Shown: in pieces, positions 11,441 through 25,500 of the stretch
How the letters are laid out: each line of letters starts with the position of its first letter
Numbering within the stretch: the stretch's first letter is position 1
Source of the DNA: Takakia lepidozioides
Taxonomy: Eukaryota; Plantae; Bryophyta
Length of the DNA: 64,000 bases
Assembly: GCA_030704615.1 (NCBI GenBank)
Contig: CM060734.1
Location: 47,554,001-47,618,000, forward strand
Reading direction: 5' to 3'
Notes under the pieces: generated by a model
The model's input: only the letters and a program-made list of their open reading frames with translations
What the model was told of the DNA's origin: nothing
The model's database searches: none
Translations under genes and position numbers: made by a program

Positions 11441-13510
11441 TGGTATACACTTTTGTTTGGGTAGGGGGAATGCTTCACACCATGCAAATTTCTTAACCTC
11501 TAAGACCCTAGCCCGGAACCAGGGCAGTATCCGCAAGGGCAAGAGGCCCTTTTGCACGCTAACTACGACTGGCGTCATCTTAACCTTCAGACTTCCCGGA
11601 TTTTCGAGTCTTGCCGCCCTAAGGTCAAATGTCAAATCTAGGAAAGTCCTCTGTTAAGAATGTTACCTCTATGTGAATATTGATACAGTCCAGTGAATTT
11701 ACAGAGTTATTGTTTACTAATTTGTTTTTTTGGAAGGGAGCAGGCCCGATTTTTGTTCCGGGGCAACCCGTGTAAAAATTGAAGGCATCTCGGGTATAAT
11801 AAGCCTCAGGATTAGTGCAGGCAATTTTTTTCTTAACATTCATTTGCATTTGTTGGAAAAATGGAATACGTAGAAAAATAGTATAATTGAAACGTTTTAT
11901 TACCAGAATTGAATTAAAAAAATGGAGCGCGGACAAAAACTGCCACCTATAAATTTTGACGCGATGAAAGGTTACGGGCAGATGACATTCTGCCCGGTTC
12001 TCTGTCCGTTCGTAGGCCAAAATCTCCTTACAGGCAGTTTCATCGGGCAGAATATCATGTACCCAGACAGTTCCATAGTCACACCTAAGTGCCTAGGTTG
12101 GAATTGTTTTTGTAAAATTTCAGGATTTTTTCTTGTTTTTGATTATTTCTCATTCTTTGACTTATTCTAGGCGGTAATCACACGTGTAAAGACGTAGCAA
12201 AAGTTCATTTAATGCTTTTACCAGAACGTAATAATGATAATTTCAGGGCCGGAGATAGGTACACTCAATTCTTACATCCGGTAAAATGCTGTAAATAGGT
12301 CTCAGGCCTAGGGCTCGAATCCAAACAAAGACTTGCAGAACTTTAAGTTAGCCTATGTTAGATTTCACTAGTAGGACCGATTTGACGACTCAATTTAAGA
12401 GAATAGAAGGGGGCCCATAAATGGGAGCGAAGAGTAAGGGACGCGATTAAAGTATTGGACCAAATATAGGGCCGCCAGGTGGCCACTATGTACATGCGCT
12501 CATTACGCTTTTTCCCAATGCACGTGTGTTTGCATATCTCGGGCGCGCGTTCCCATTACACCCTGGGGTCTATCCGGTGGCAGCGGTGATGGCCACCGTC
12601 TATCACCAGTTCGCAGGACGTGAACCTGTAAGTATTCGTATAGGGAGTCCATACGGAACCGGCGGTAGGCGGTGAGAGGTTGAAAGCGAAGCAAAGGCAG
12701 CAGCGTGAGGTCCGGCTATGGCGTCATCAGCTTCGCTCTGCCCGAGTGCAATTGGCATCTGGTGTCAGAAGTATAACAAGGAGGCGCTTACAGAATGTTA
12801 ATCTTTTGCTTGCTTCGAATTCCTCTGCACTCCCTCTCTTTTTCTCTCTGTTTTGGTAGCTATGTGATCCTGCTTCAAGCTCGCGAGGAAGACAAACAGT
12901 TCCAAGGGGAGGCTGCTGATGAGATCATAACATCATGCTCTGGGATGTGCCCGGGCTTAATCTAGCAGGCCTGTTTCATGCTGTTTGGTGTGGCAAAACT
13001 GTGGCCTGCTAATCTCGGATTCTGTCGCTGTCTCCTTCTTGTGTCCGCCTGTGTGCATTCTCGGTCTCGCGAGTGCAGATCGTGTGTCCTTGGACATATG
13101 CACCCGTGTTCAATTCACCTTTCCGATATGGATAAATCTTTATAGCGGCAGATGTTCTCTTGATTGTCTGGGAGTGGCCGTATCTTCTCTTGTTGCATTG
13201 TCCTTTTCCCTGTATCTCGGGGACGTGACCAGCTCCTGCGGAGAGGATGGCTTCATCTTCTTCCAATCAGAGCGCGCCTTATCTCGCTTCCGTTTACCGT
13301 CGGGCATATCACTCATCCACTTATCTGCCGACAATGATTTCCCAAAGAGGCCAGCATTTTCATAATCAAATTATATTGATTTTTGAAGATCTAATGTAGG
13401 TCCCTTCCCAGCAATTTGCTGTGAAACGGGATAACTAGAATCGCACTCTCTTCCTCTCCCCTTTCCTCGTTTTTGGGAAACAATCTTAATGCCCCTTATC
13501 CCCCCAGACC

Positions 13511-16500
13511 ATGGCCTCATCTTCATCAAAGTCGCGATCTAGCTCACCATTTCGATTTCGTAATCAAAGCAGGAATTCAAGTCCATCTCCCTCCCGAACC
13601 ACCACTACCTCAGCATCCAAGACTCCCTCCTTGGTTGGAACATCCTTAACTCCCACTAGAGGCAGGAGCAATATCCCAGTGCCACCAACTATTACTCCTC
13701 AGAAATTCCGTCCCAGTTCTGCTTCTTCGATTTCAGCTGGAAGCCAGAGGACAGGTGGGAGCCCAGGGACCCCACAGACGCCTGGGACGCCAACCTCCCA
13801 AAGGGAGGAGTCTGTAAGTCGAGCGAAGGAGAATGTTTGTGTTACCGTTCGATTTCGACCTCTCAGGTACACACCTGGAAATTCTTATTCAATGGAGTGG
13901 GTGGTAGCTTCAGAAACAAGACCGCCAAGGAAATAGAAAACCTTGGTATCTTGAGAGGTGAAGAATTAGAGTATCTGATCATGATTTGATATGACCTAAT
14001 CATGGGCATAGATCAGTGGTTTGCATCCAAGGAATATAATACATTGGTTTTATAACCAGATGTTCCAAGAGCTTTCGATCCTTATGCAGCAGCAACTGGT
14101 ACACAGGTTGCCTGTTGACCTAGTGGTTGCAATAATCACATTAGCAGCCAATTTGCTTTTAAAAAATGCAGGTGCTAGTATGTAGGGTTTTGGACTTGAT
14201 GCAACCACTCAGCTGATGACAGTTAGGTCCATGAACATTTAAAATGTGTCATATCAGTTTCAACTTTCCTTCAATCTGAATAGGAGTGGAAAGAATTTTT
14301 TAAAGTTGTTAATGTTGCCTCTGACCCTTATGAGATCATAAACGTCGTTGCTGGTTTTCATTCTGCTAATCCGTGGGACATGTACCAACTTCAAAATCAT
14401 GGTAAAGAAAAGTTTTTTTTTGCTTACATCCATTCTGAGATTGTGCAATTACTACCAAGATGCCTCCTTGGTTTTTGATGGCATGGAGCCATTACCTGTA
14501 CTTGAAGAACCTACTTAATTTCCACGTCTAGCTGCTCTTGTGTTTTGTGTTACCCATCCCTGCTTGTGTATATTGCGATCCGGGAAAGTTCGCTCCTGAG
14601 ACTGTCCCTCCTGGCCGTATCCTAAATGTTCTGGGACTAGGTAGCTGAGAAAACTAAGGGAAGGCAAACAGGGAACAGCAGGAAGTGGGGACACCTGACT
14701 AACTAGGGACTCTCTATGTTACCATTTTCAAAAGAAGGATTTGTTGTGATGTATGGTGCAGTCAAAGAGAGATTCTTCGAGGTGACGAAGTTGCTTGGTA
14801 TGCTGATGGCGTTACTACTGTGCGCAGCGAATTGAATCCATTGACTGCCTATGCATTCGGTATGCAATTTACCTTCGTGGCAGCAGTTTTATCCCCTGCC
14901 AAGCATTTCTGATCCTCATAGTGGAAGACTTCAGTGAGAGATTGAGTTCCCCGTAATAGACAGTGGAATCTCCCACGAATCTCATAGTATAGAGGGCAAT
15001 AGAAGAAGTGTTCTTCAGTTTCAATTTCCCAGTTGCGTCCTGTGCAAGTTGGACATAGGCTGTCCTCCCTGCAGGTTTTCCCATCTGCCAGTCTCTATCC
15101 GTAGATTGTGGGAGCCCACCGTGAACCGCCCCAATGCCCTCAGGAGGGAAGGAGATAAAGGTGCCGTAAGGTAATTGGACCGCAAGATTCTATCATCTCG
15201 GAGAACCAAGAATGTCGCTCGATAGAAATGGAGCTTTGTTGTGGGATTGGGTAGCTTCCAAGTTCTCCTGACATGTAGTTCCATAAGCTCCCTTCTAGAG
15301 AGAAGGGGGGAGACTCAATCTGCTGTGTCTGGGTATGTGGCAGACAGAGTGTTTGGGCCTGCAACTACCACGAGAGGAGTCTATGATGTGGCCGCACAGC
15401 ATGTAGTAAGTGGAGCTATGGAGGGTATCAATGGTAGGTCATTCCTGCTCTAAACCTACCTTCACACAGACACCAACATCTTCTAGGGCCTTCAAAAATA
15501 TTCTGACAGCAAATACGCTTGCTACAAGCTGAATTTATGAAAACATGTGCTGGAGAAAAAAGGAGGAAGAGAGAGAAATAAGAACTACTGGGTTGTGCCT
15601 GTCATATTTGGTTGTAATGTGTGCCTGAATCTGATCCAAAATTGTGATATTCCAGTCACCTTAGACACTTGGGTGGCTTGGGATTGAACTGCAGGAACTG
15701 TTTTTGCATACGGTGTTACAAGCAGTGGCAAGACTCACACCATGCATGTAAGTACGTGGTGCCTGTTAGTGCATTATGCAAGGTTGGAGAACCCTCTGTC
15801 TTCTGATCCCCTTTCCATCATCCTAACAGGAGGCACATGGAGTCTTTGCCTACAAGGGTAGTACCTCCATTTCTGCATATACAATGTCTCTTTCTCTCCC
15901 TCAACTTTTTGCATGGACTAAGGCATGGGGTGCAGTTGTGACCAGTATATGACCTGATTCATGATCTGACAAGTTTGTGAGCTAATGGACTGCCAGGGGG
16001 ATCAAAAGTCACCAGGAGTCATCCCGTTGGCTGTAAAGGATGTTTTTAGCATTATTCAAGAGGTGAGTTCGTCTATCCTTGTATGTTCCGATTTCAATAT
16101 CATCAAATTGCAGCAGTTTTTACTTGTCTGGATTAAATAAAGTAATTTCCAAAGGGTATCCAACAAAACAGATGTGCTGTTGTGCAAGGTAAGGATTTGG
16201 CTACTGAAGTGATGAAGGATTCGATGGTTAAAGGGCTGAACAATGCATTGGGAATGTAGTGATTGGGTTCCTGGCGTTGTGGCAGACTCCAAATCGGGAG
16301 TTTCTATTGCGGGTTTCTTACCTTGAGATTTACAATGAGGTGGGTTCTTTTTCAAGCACACTGCCTATGCTTTAGATTCTCCTCCTTAGTTACCCCTCAT
16401 ATAGTTTGTCTTCCTTTCACCCATCACACTGTTGTCTCTCCAGACTCCCCTTTTCTCCCTCAGGAGGTTTGTCTCCCCAAGGTTATGGGAAAGCATCTTT

Positions 16501-19500
16501 CCGAGTACACAAACACACACAGTCTCCCTCCCCTTTAACTGAAAATATACCTTGTGGCTGTGTGTATTTTATGTCAGGTCATAAACGATCTACTAGATCC
16601 TGCCGGTCAAAATCTACGCGTGCGAGAAGACACCCAGGTATATAAGTTGAGCTCAACTACTGAGTCAATTAAATTTACTGCCATCAGTGTCTCCAAATTT
16701 TCTCGGAGAGATTGCTAGGCTGGGCAGAAGACAGAGAGAAAAAGCAAATGATTCTAACAGTCTCAATACACGGCGTATGATTACAGCAGGGTACATATGT
16801 GGAAGGCATAAAGGAGGAAGTGGTGTTGTCTCCTGCGCATGCCCTCTCCCTTATTGCTGCTGGTGAAGGTATCATTATTACTCGAAGATTTCAAAATGTT
16901 TTCTTTGGTTTTGTCTTGTCTTGTCTGTGCATCCCAATGATTTGCCAATGATTTGTCATAGGCTATTGTCGGAAGATCGACATTTGCTTTATATAGATCA
17001 CCTCTCTGGGCTGGTAATGGATATGACCATGCCAATGGTACCAGGCAACCATTGAATGAAACTTCTCTCTTTTTATTTCTTTGCTCTTACCTGTCTTCGT
17101 GTCATTGAGAAGTTTCCATGATGGATTGCAGAGCACCGGCACGTGGGTTCAAACAACTTCAACTTACTCAGCAGTAGAAGTCATACAATCTTCAGCATGG
17201 TGTGATCCATTTTCTTGACAGACTCAAGATATTCTGTACTCATCATGGCAGAAATTAAACTATCTATTTCCACATTTTACTTTTAATCTGCAATTGTGAA
17301 ACGACATAGGCAATGATAGCTGTAGATTAGCTTTGGAGAGTTGGTGCTACTATCCACCATACCCATCGGAATAGATACTTGGTTGCGAGTCATGTTTGAG
17401 GTGGTAGTTTGCCATCGGAATTTCCTCATTTGCTTATCAGAACTGCTCTGGACATCGTTTTGAATTGCTACAGCTATGCCAGAGCAGTTTTCCTTCCTTG
17501 TAGGCTTTTAAAGGTCCTAGAACCTGTTGGCTACATGAGGACACAACCAGGCATATCTGTTGTAAAGAGGGCCACATGGAGATATAAAGCAGGGGGAAGA
17601 ACAGTACCATCCCTAGAAAAATGTGGTCACAAAGTTCCAGGATGTGAAGTTTACGTGCTGAACCCATGAATATGGGTCTGTTGGCTGCATGTGCAGACAC
17701 TAGAAAGCAGCCCGCGAGGTGAAGGCTACACAGATGAAGATATCAAACTTTCTCAACTTGTAAGCTGGTTTTTTCCTTAGGTGGAACACTGCAACATGGT
17801 TATCTTTGGATATGTTCCAAGTTAGATGGTCTCAGATTCATGAGTTGGAGGAGTTTATAGTTTGAATTTATCAAATAATTTCTGGTACTAGAGCTTGGGT
17901 GTCTCCATTTGCCCATGGAAGGGATCAAGACTGCTCTACAGTTCTCTGTCTGTTCATCTATATGTTCAGCTTGTTAGGTCTCAGAAGGAATTATACTGGG
18001 ACAAGTTATACAGTGAAATAAACTCAAACCACCATGGTGGTAATGACAAGAAATTCTGGTTGGCCCTTCAACGTTTGTACAAACCGAAAAACGGTCAGCA
18101 AGTACAAGCGCTGAAGACTACTAAAGGTGCAGTGGTGACTTCATCGGTTGACATTGTCAAAACCTTTGAAACTCACTACAGTATCCTTGGCAGAACTTCT
18201 AGGTCTAACAGTGAGGGGTCTTCTGCTGAATGGAGGGACACAGTTGGAAAAACTGTTCCTATGATTCAAAACAGCCCTGATGAACTGGAGTATATTTCAA
18301 TGGCTTATAATGCTCCCATTAGTTCTTCTGAGATTGTGGAAGCAATTTAACATTTAAATGGATATAAAGCTGGTGGACCTGATGGTATTGTCAACGAGCT
18401 TATCAAGCACAGTGGCGATCCCATGATAGAGGCCCTAGTTCTCCTCTTTAACCTTATCTGGAAGACTGAAATGATCCCCTTTCGCTGGCGACAGGGGGTC
18501 ATTGTCAATCTATACAAGAAGTGTGACAGAGAAGAACCGGGGAACTACCGTGGCATCACGCTCCTCAATGCTGTTGGCAAGACATTCTGCAGAGTTATAA
18601 GTACTCGTCTCGAGGTTGATCTGGAGTCTAGAGGTTGTTTCCACGAAGGCCAAGCTGGCTTTCGGCGAAACAGGGGCTGTGTGGATCATATCTTCACTCT
18701 AAGCCAGATTATCCAGGGAAGGAAAAAAGAAGGGAAACCCACTTATGTCTTTTTCCTGGATGTCAAAAAGGCTTATGACACAGTGTGGAGAGATGGCCTA
18801 TGGTTCCGCCTCTGGTCTTGTGGGATCAAGGGAAAGATGTGGAGAGTTGTCCACAACTTGTATGCTCACACCAAAAGCTGTGTCACTGTTAACGGACAGA
18901 AGTCCAGCTTCTTTGACATAGACCAAGGTGTAGCTCAAGGATGTACTCTCTCCCCTCTGCTCTTCAATGTTTTCATCAATCAACTCCTCGAGGATGTGGA
19001 AAGTGAGGGATTTGGGTTAAGGGTGGGTGATAGCACCATACCAGCCCTTATGTTTGCGGATGACTTCGCAGGCATAGGGGAGACTCCAACCAATCTCCAG
19101 GAGTTGATTGATTGCGCGAAGAGATACTTTGATCTTTGGGGGCTAGAGGCTAATGTCAGCAAATGTGCAGTGGTAGCATTCAACGACAGAGGAGAGGGAG
19201 GAAGTGATCTTAAGTGGCAGTGGGGTAGCCAAGAGATCCCGGTCCTCCCTTCCTACACTTACCTGGGCGTTGAGTTCTCCTCCAATTGTAATTGGGATGC
19301 ACATATCCGGAAAGTTGTTCAAACTGGCAAGGGCAAAGCTCTGGGGCTCACTAAATTTTTCCACTGCAGAGGGGTCAACTCTGAGGTTAAGAAAACCATG
19401 CTTTGTCGCGTTATCAGACCTGCCTTGGAGTACGGATCTGCTATATGGGTTGATAACTCCAACCAGGCTAAGTCTCTAGAATCCATTCAAGTGGGGGTGC

Positions 19501-22500
19501 TTAAGGAGTGTATGTCAGCATGCTCCAAAACAGCCAATGTGGCTGTTCGGGGTGAGTTTGGCATTCCGTCCTTAAGCTCCCGACGAGATGAATTCAAGGT
19601 CAGATGGTGGGGGCAGCTGCAACATATGCCCAACACCAGATATCCTAAATTAATCGACTCTATATCTTGGAAACAGGACCGCCCTGTCAAACAGGCTAAG
19701 TCCTGGCAGAAGAGAGTAGAAGAGATCCTCAAGGACCTGGACCTGGATCCGCAAGTCTTGACCCTGCTGGATAAATCTGACTTAGAGGCTGTAGTGTCCT
19801 CAGCCATGTCTGTTGCCATGAGATTGTCTGATGAAAATGAAGTTAGGCAGAAAACTTCCCTGAACTTGTTTCCAGTCTGTGACATGGGGGAGGACATCTT
19901 GGATGACCTCAAGGGTCTACCCACTCTCGGCACTAGACTGAAATTTAAACTCAGGGCAGGAAGCCTACCTTTGAACAGCAAACAGAAGCAGAGAGGAAAG
20001 GGAGAGTGCAATTGCCCGTTGTGTGGGCAATCTGAAGACAGTATTCATTTTCTGATACACTGTCCGGGGTTCTCTCACCAAAGAGACGCCTCTTCAAATC
20101 TATTAAGGGAATTGTGCCTGTACCCCTGTTTACCAACTTTGAAAGTCTCGAGGCTGAGCCAAAAGCCCAGGCCCTCCTGAGGCCTAGTTTTTGGGCAAAT
20201 CACACACAGCAGATTGATGCTTGTGTGAAGGGATTTCTAGAGGATATCTGGAAAACCCGGATTAATTCTTTATATGGAGGTAAGTCTTACTACCAACGTC
20301 AGCCCCTGACAGAGGTAGGTTCTGTCCCTTTTGTTCCCGCTCAAACTGGGCGTGGGGTCAATGGCCACAAGGCTACGGCAAACAACGTCTTATGAGTACA
20401 ATCTGTTCATCTATATGGTTTCCGATACCCTATATTGGAAGCAAGACCGTGCTGTTGAACAGGCTAAGTCCTGGCGGAAAAGAAGTAGAGGAGAATTTCA
20501 AGTACCTGAATATTAGGAAGGAAGAAATGACCCTGCTAGATGAAGCTGAGTTGGAGGGTGAAGTGTCCAGGCCATGTCAGAAGCAAGAAGAATGTCCCGA
20601 ACTAAGAAGTTGAGCATAAAAATTGCCTGAACGTGTTTCCAGTCCGTGATATGGGTGAGGACCTTAAGGATGACCTGAAGGGCGTACCTACCCTTGGCAC
20701 TAGACTGAAATTTAAACTCGGGGCGAGGAATCTAACTTTGAACAATAAACAGATGCAGAGAAAAAAGGGAGAGTGTGCATGCCGGACATGCTGGCAGCCT
20801 CCATGTCACAAAGTCCGAGAGCGACCTCTGCAGGACCATAAAGAAAACATAGTCTCTGCACCTGTGTTCACCAGCTTTCAAAATCTTGTGGCTGAGCTTA
20901 AAGTTCTGGCCCTGTTGGCGTCTAATGTTGGACAGATCCCACACAGCAGATTGATGCTTGTTTGATTGGCTTTCTAGAGGAAATCTGGTAAGCCCGAACA
21001 GATTGTTTATATTACGTTAAGTCCCTCACAAAGGTAGTGTCTGTGCCATTTTGTTCGGGCCAAATCTGGTGTGGGATCTATGGTCACAAGGCTACAGCAA
21101 CCAATGTCTTATGAGTCCATTTTCTATATATATATATACATGGTTTCAGAAGTAATCCTGATAGTTGGATGCACTTGAGCTAGTTTAAAAATACACTTGC
21201 ATTTATGACTATAATGGCATGTAGATTATGGCTTTATACTGACTTTTGGCAAGTGTTGTGTATGCAGAATTTGATTGACCTTGCAGGATCAGAGAGCTCA
21301 AAGACAGAAACAACAGGTCTGCGCCGGAAAGAAGGCTCATACATAAACAAGAGTTTACTGACGCTGGGCACTGTGAGCGCTAACCTTTCTTTCCTGTAAC
21401 TCCATCAGCCCACTAAGTAGCTAATCTCTAGGAAACCCAAATCTTATCACATTACTTGAAACGTTTAGTGGGTAGAAATTGCTCATGATGAGTAGCTTTA
21501 TGAAGTTCTGGGTGTTTGGTGCAGGTCATATCAAAGCTAAGTGATGGCAAGGCATCACACATACCCTATCGCGACTCTAAGCTTACTCGCCTCTTGCAGT
21601 CTTCTTTGAGTGGCCATGGTCGCATCTCAGTATGTCTTCTCTTCAGCAAATCTCTCAGTTTCATAGCTGTATCTCTCTCCTGAGGGTCCAACATGTGTTA
21701 GCTTTCCACATGAGCCCTGGTGTTGACATCTTCTCGCTGTTCGTTTGTTCTATCTGTCCCATGGGCTCTTGTGGCCCTCTGTGGACTTTATAAAGTTCTT
21801 TTTTTGCTTTTTTTTTCTCTCTTGGTCTCTCAAGTAATCCCAAGTAGTGACCAGCTGGAACATGAAGGCAATGTGCAGGGTGCAGGATGCCCCTTCAGCT
21901 ACCCTTCCAGCAAACCTCCTTGAACAGTTTTGCTATAATGTCTGCTTTCACAGGACAAGCCAAAGAGAACTTTCAGGTCCACTTCATAATTGTCATGCTT
22001 AAGTGAAGATGCTGACTGTCTTGATTAGCTTTACCTGCTGAGTGCTAGCTGACATCATGGCCAAGTCTTCCGGTTACTTTAAGAAAAGTGGCAAAAACTC
22101 AGGATGAAGGTTTCTATAATGGGATGCCTATTAATGTGAGCATAGTAGTATATTTTATCTACACCCACTCATGAAGTTGGTGGGGAGTGGTGGCAGCTTG
22201 TCACAGTGACAAATAATTAAGTTAATGGTCTGAGACATTGTGATTGACAGCACAATGGGAGGGCTGCACTCTCTATATTGCGCTGATTTAAGTCTTAACT
22301 TGGACTGGTGCAACATCTGTTTGGGTCACCATTTAATATCTGTATGGAGTTGTTACTCTGTACTCACCTAGATGTTTTCATGATGGTGATTGTAGTGAAC
22401 AAAGCATGATGCAGTGGAATTGGCACCCGTTTGTATACCTGTTTTTGCTCAGTTTTAGAAGAGTTTGAGATGACGCCGTGTTGGCCATTTTGGTCAATTC

Positions 22501-25500
22501 CGGGGTGGAGAATTGTTTTTATTGATGCATTGTCAAAGAAGTTTTTTTTGCAAAAAACAGAATCAACTTCATTTCTTAAGGAGGTAGCTTTGTCACTGAC
22601 CCATTTTGCTGTCTTCCTGTTGCACCCTTCCCCTCATTTTCTGCTCTTGTCCAAACCATGGGTTCTATTTCCACACGACTAGAGACAGCAAAGCCTAATA
22701 AGTATGCCTTTGCTAACTGGGTGGGATGTATTTTTTGTAATCATATCACCAATGCTCTCAAATCTAGTGCCAAGCGAACTGCCCACATTACAGATTCTAC
22801 TTGATTCACGAGTTGGGGCATTACAGGGACCACAGGAAAGGGGAACTGTTCAGAAGAAACCACACAGTATTGTAGTCAGGGTTGCTAAAAGACACTTTGG
22901 TCTTTACAGAGTATGCCGCTGTTACTTATCGCAGTGTCTTGACGGCGATTTGAAACAGTTAATCTGCGCAATCACGCCTGCCTCCAGTAACAACGAGGAG
23001 ACGCATAACACCCTCAAGTTTGCACACCGAGCCAAACGAATTGAAATCCATGCCGCGTCCAACCGGGTATGCCACTTCATGAGCTCTTAGTGTCATCATT
23101 GAAATGTGTGTCCATCTCTGTTGGAGGTAAGTTTGGTCATGCTGGATGTGCTATGTCGAGTGACAGTCTGTTACTGACTTTGTTTGGGTTTCTCTTTGTG
23201 TGGCATGCTAATGTTTGTGTGACTTATGCCTGCCTGTGCTGTCTGTCTTTGTCCCAAATCAGGGTCCCTTTGTCCATATAGGGAAATCTAGAAGAATGTG
23301 GCAGGAAGAGGGAAGAAGATCTATGCCCAAGACCTGTCTCATCTCGCAAACGATAGAAAAAGGAAAGAGTCAGTTGATGTCTGTCCTTGGGAAGCATGAA
23401 GCATGTTAAATTCTGTCACAATCTGTATTTTGTTCAAGCTAAGAGAAAGCAGTGGTGGATGCAGATAATGGATGAGAAATCATTAATAAAGAAATACCAG
23501 AAAGAAATTAGCAGCTTGAAGTTGGAGCTAGAGCAGCTCAAGCGTGGAATCCTTGAGCAGCCGTACATTATGAATACAAGCCAGGAAGACCTTGTCCATC
23601 TGCGCCAACAGGTGTGTCTTTTCTCTGAATCTGAAATCCTAAGTTGATCTGTTTATGTTTGGGGTTGGACATAATCCCTCATGAGCAGTGGTTGATGCAG
23701 CATATCTGTGTGAGGCTTTCCCTACTGGAGAGAATAGGTGTTTTTGGGTTGCTTGCTGAAGGCCCCACATCCTCTCTCGTTCCTACATTCTTTTGTTGCA
23801 TGAGCTCTTGGAGCTTTCTGTGGATGTTGTAAAGTCTCTTTCTTTCTTTCTTTCTTTCTCAACTTTGAAAGTCTCAAGGCTGAGCCAAAAGCCCAGGCCC
23901 TTCTGGGGCCTAGTTATTGGGCAAACCACACACAGCAGATTGATGCTTGTGTGAAGGAATTTCTAGAGGATATCTGGAAAACCCGGATCAATGCTTTCTA
24001 CCAAGGCAAGTACCAACGTCAGCCCCTGACAGAGGTAGGTTCTGTCCCTTTGTGTTCCGCTCAAACTGGGCGCGGGGTCAATGGCCACAAGGCTATGTAC
24101 ATTCTCTTTCTCGTCTTTGGCCTCTCCTGGACTCAAGTCCAACTCCCGTGGCGTTCTTGACACTCAAATCCCAGTAATCGGATTTCCATCAGCTGTGTGT
24201 GAGTGGTATGGCAGTTTGAGGTTGTCTTATACACCCTAATCAACTGAATTTCCACATTGGACTCCAGAGGTTGGGTCTTGAGGCACTGCGCCCTTGAGGG
24301 TGGGTCATTAGCAAAGTTTGCAGGGAATGCCTTTGTTTCAACCTCAGAAGACTTGGTTTATACAGGCTGGCTGTGAGAATTATGTATGTTTCGTTTGTGA
24401 GCACATATATTTCAGCAGATTGTTTCTAGAGTAATGGTTCTAAGTTTAGGACGAATATGATGGAATAGTTGTTTATATTTATGTTTTTGGGGTTGTGGGG
24501 TAACAGTTGGAGGCTGGGCAAGTCAAGATGCAGTCCCGATTAGAAGAAGAGGAACAAGCCAAGGCTGCACTCATGGGGCGAATTCAGCGGCTAACAAAGC
24601 TTATTCTGGTCTCTACCAAAACTACCATTCCTCCTGCCCCTGTCACTGAAAAGCCCACTCACCGACGACGACACTCCTTTGGTGAAGAAGAGGTAATTCC
24701 AAAGTCCCCCATTTTGATAGCTACATTACCATACGTTGGACACAGCAAGAAGTGGTACTTGTCAGACATTGGCTTCCTTCTTGGACACCATCTTGCATCT
24801 ACTTGATAGCTTTCTCCTCTACTCTGGAATATCATTTATGGTTGAGGTGCTTCTTTTGGCAGTTGGATTTTCAATCTGATTGAGGATTGTGATGTGCCAT
24901 TATGTGTTATGTTTGTGTGTAGTTTAGTGGTGAAGTTGGGCTCATCGTGGATATGCTTGGGAAATAAAACCATGGATTAATACTACTGGGAATCAATCTG
25001 TACTGCAGTTAGCATTTTTACCGGACAAGAGGCGGGACGCCTTATTTGAGGATGATGATGCGGTACCTGATTTAGATGTTACAGGGGAAGTCAGGGGGGA
25101 CAGTATGGAGGATAACAACAGGGATGAAAAGAAATCCAACAAAAAACGTGGCATGCTTGCTTGGTTCAAGCTCCGGGTTTGTTGCTATCATCATGTTGTT
25201 CCTGATTTTTTCATGTGCCATTGGTTTCTTGTATAAGGATTCCCATTTTGCGACCTTCTTTCAAGAGATTTTCATTTGGTAACTTTCACTGTGCTTCTTC
25301 TTATGAAAAAAAAAAAACTAAAAATATAAGGTCCAAAGTCATGTGATGCATTTGATGCTCATTTTACCTTTCATCATGCATGAGCTTTATCATGAATACA
25401 GTCATTCCTTATTGCAGCTGTTGATTAAACCTTTTTTTATGGAAGGCTACACTAATTTCTTTCCTGTTCCCTCCTGTTGTTCTACAGGGACAAGGGATCT

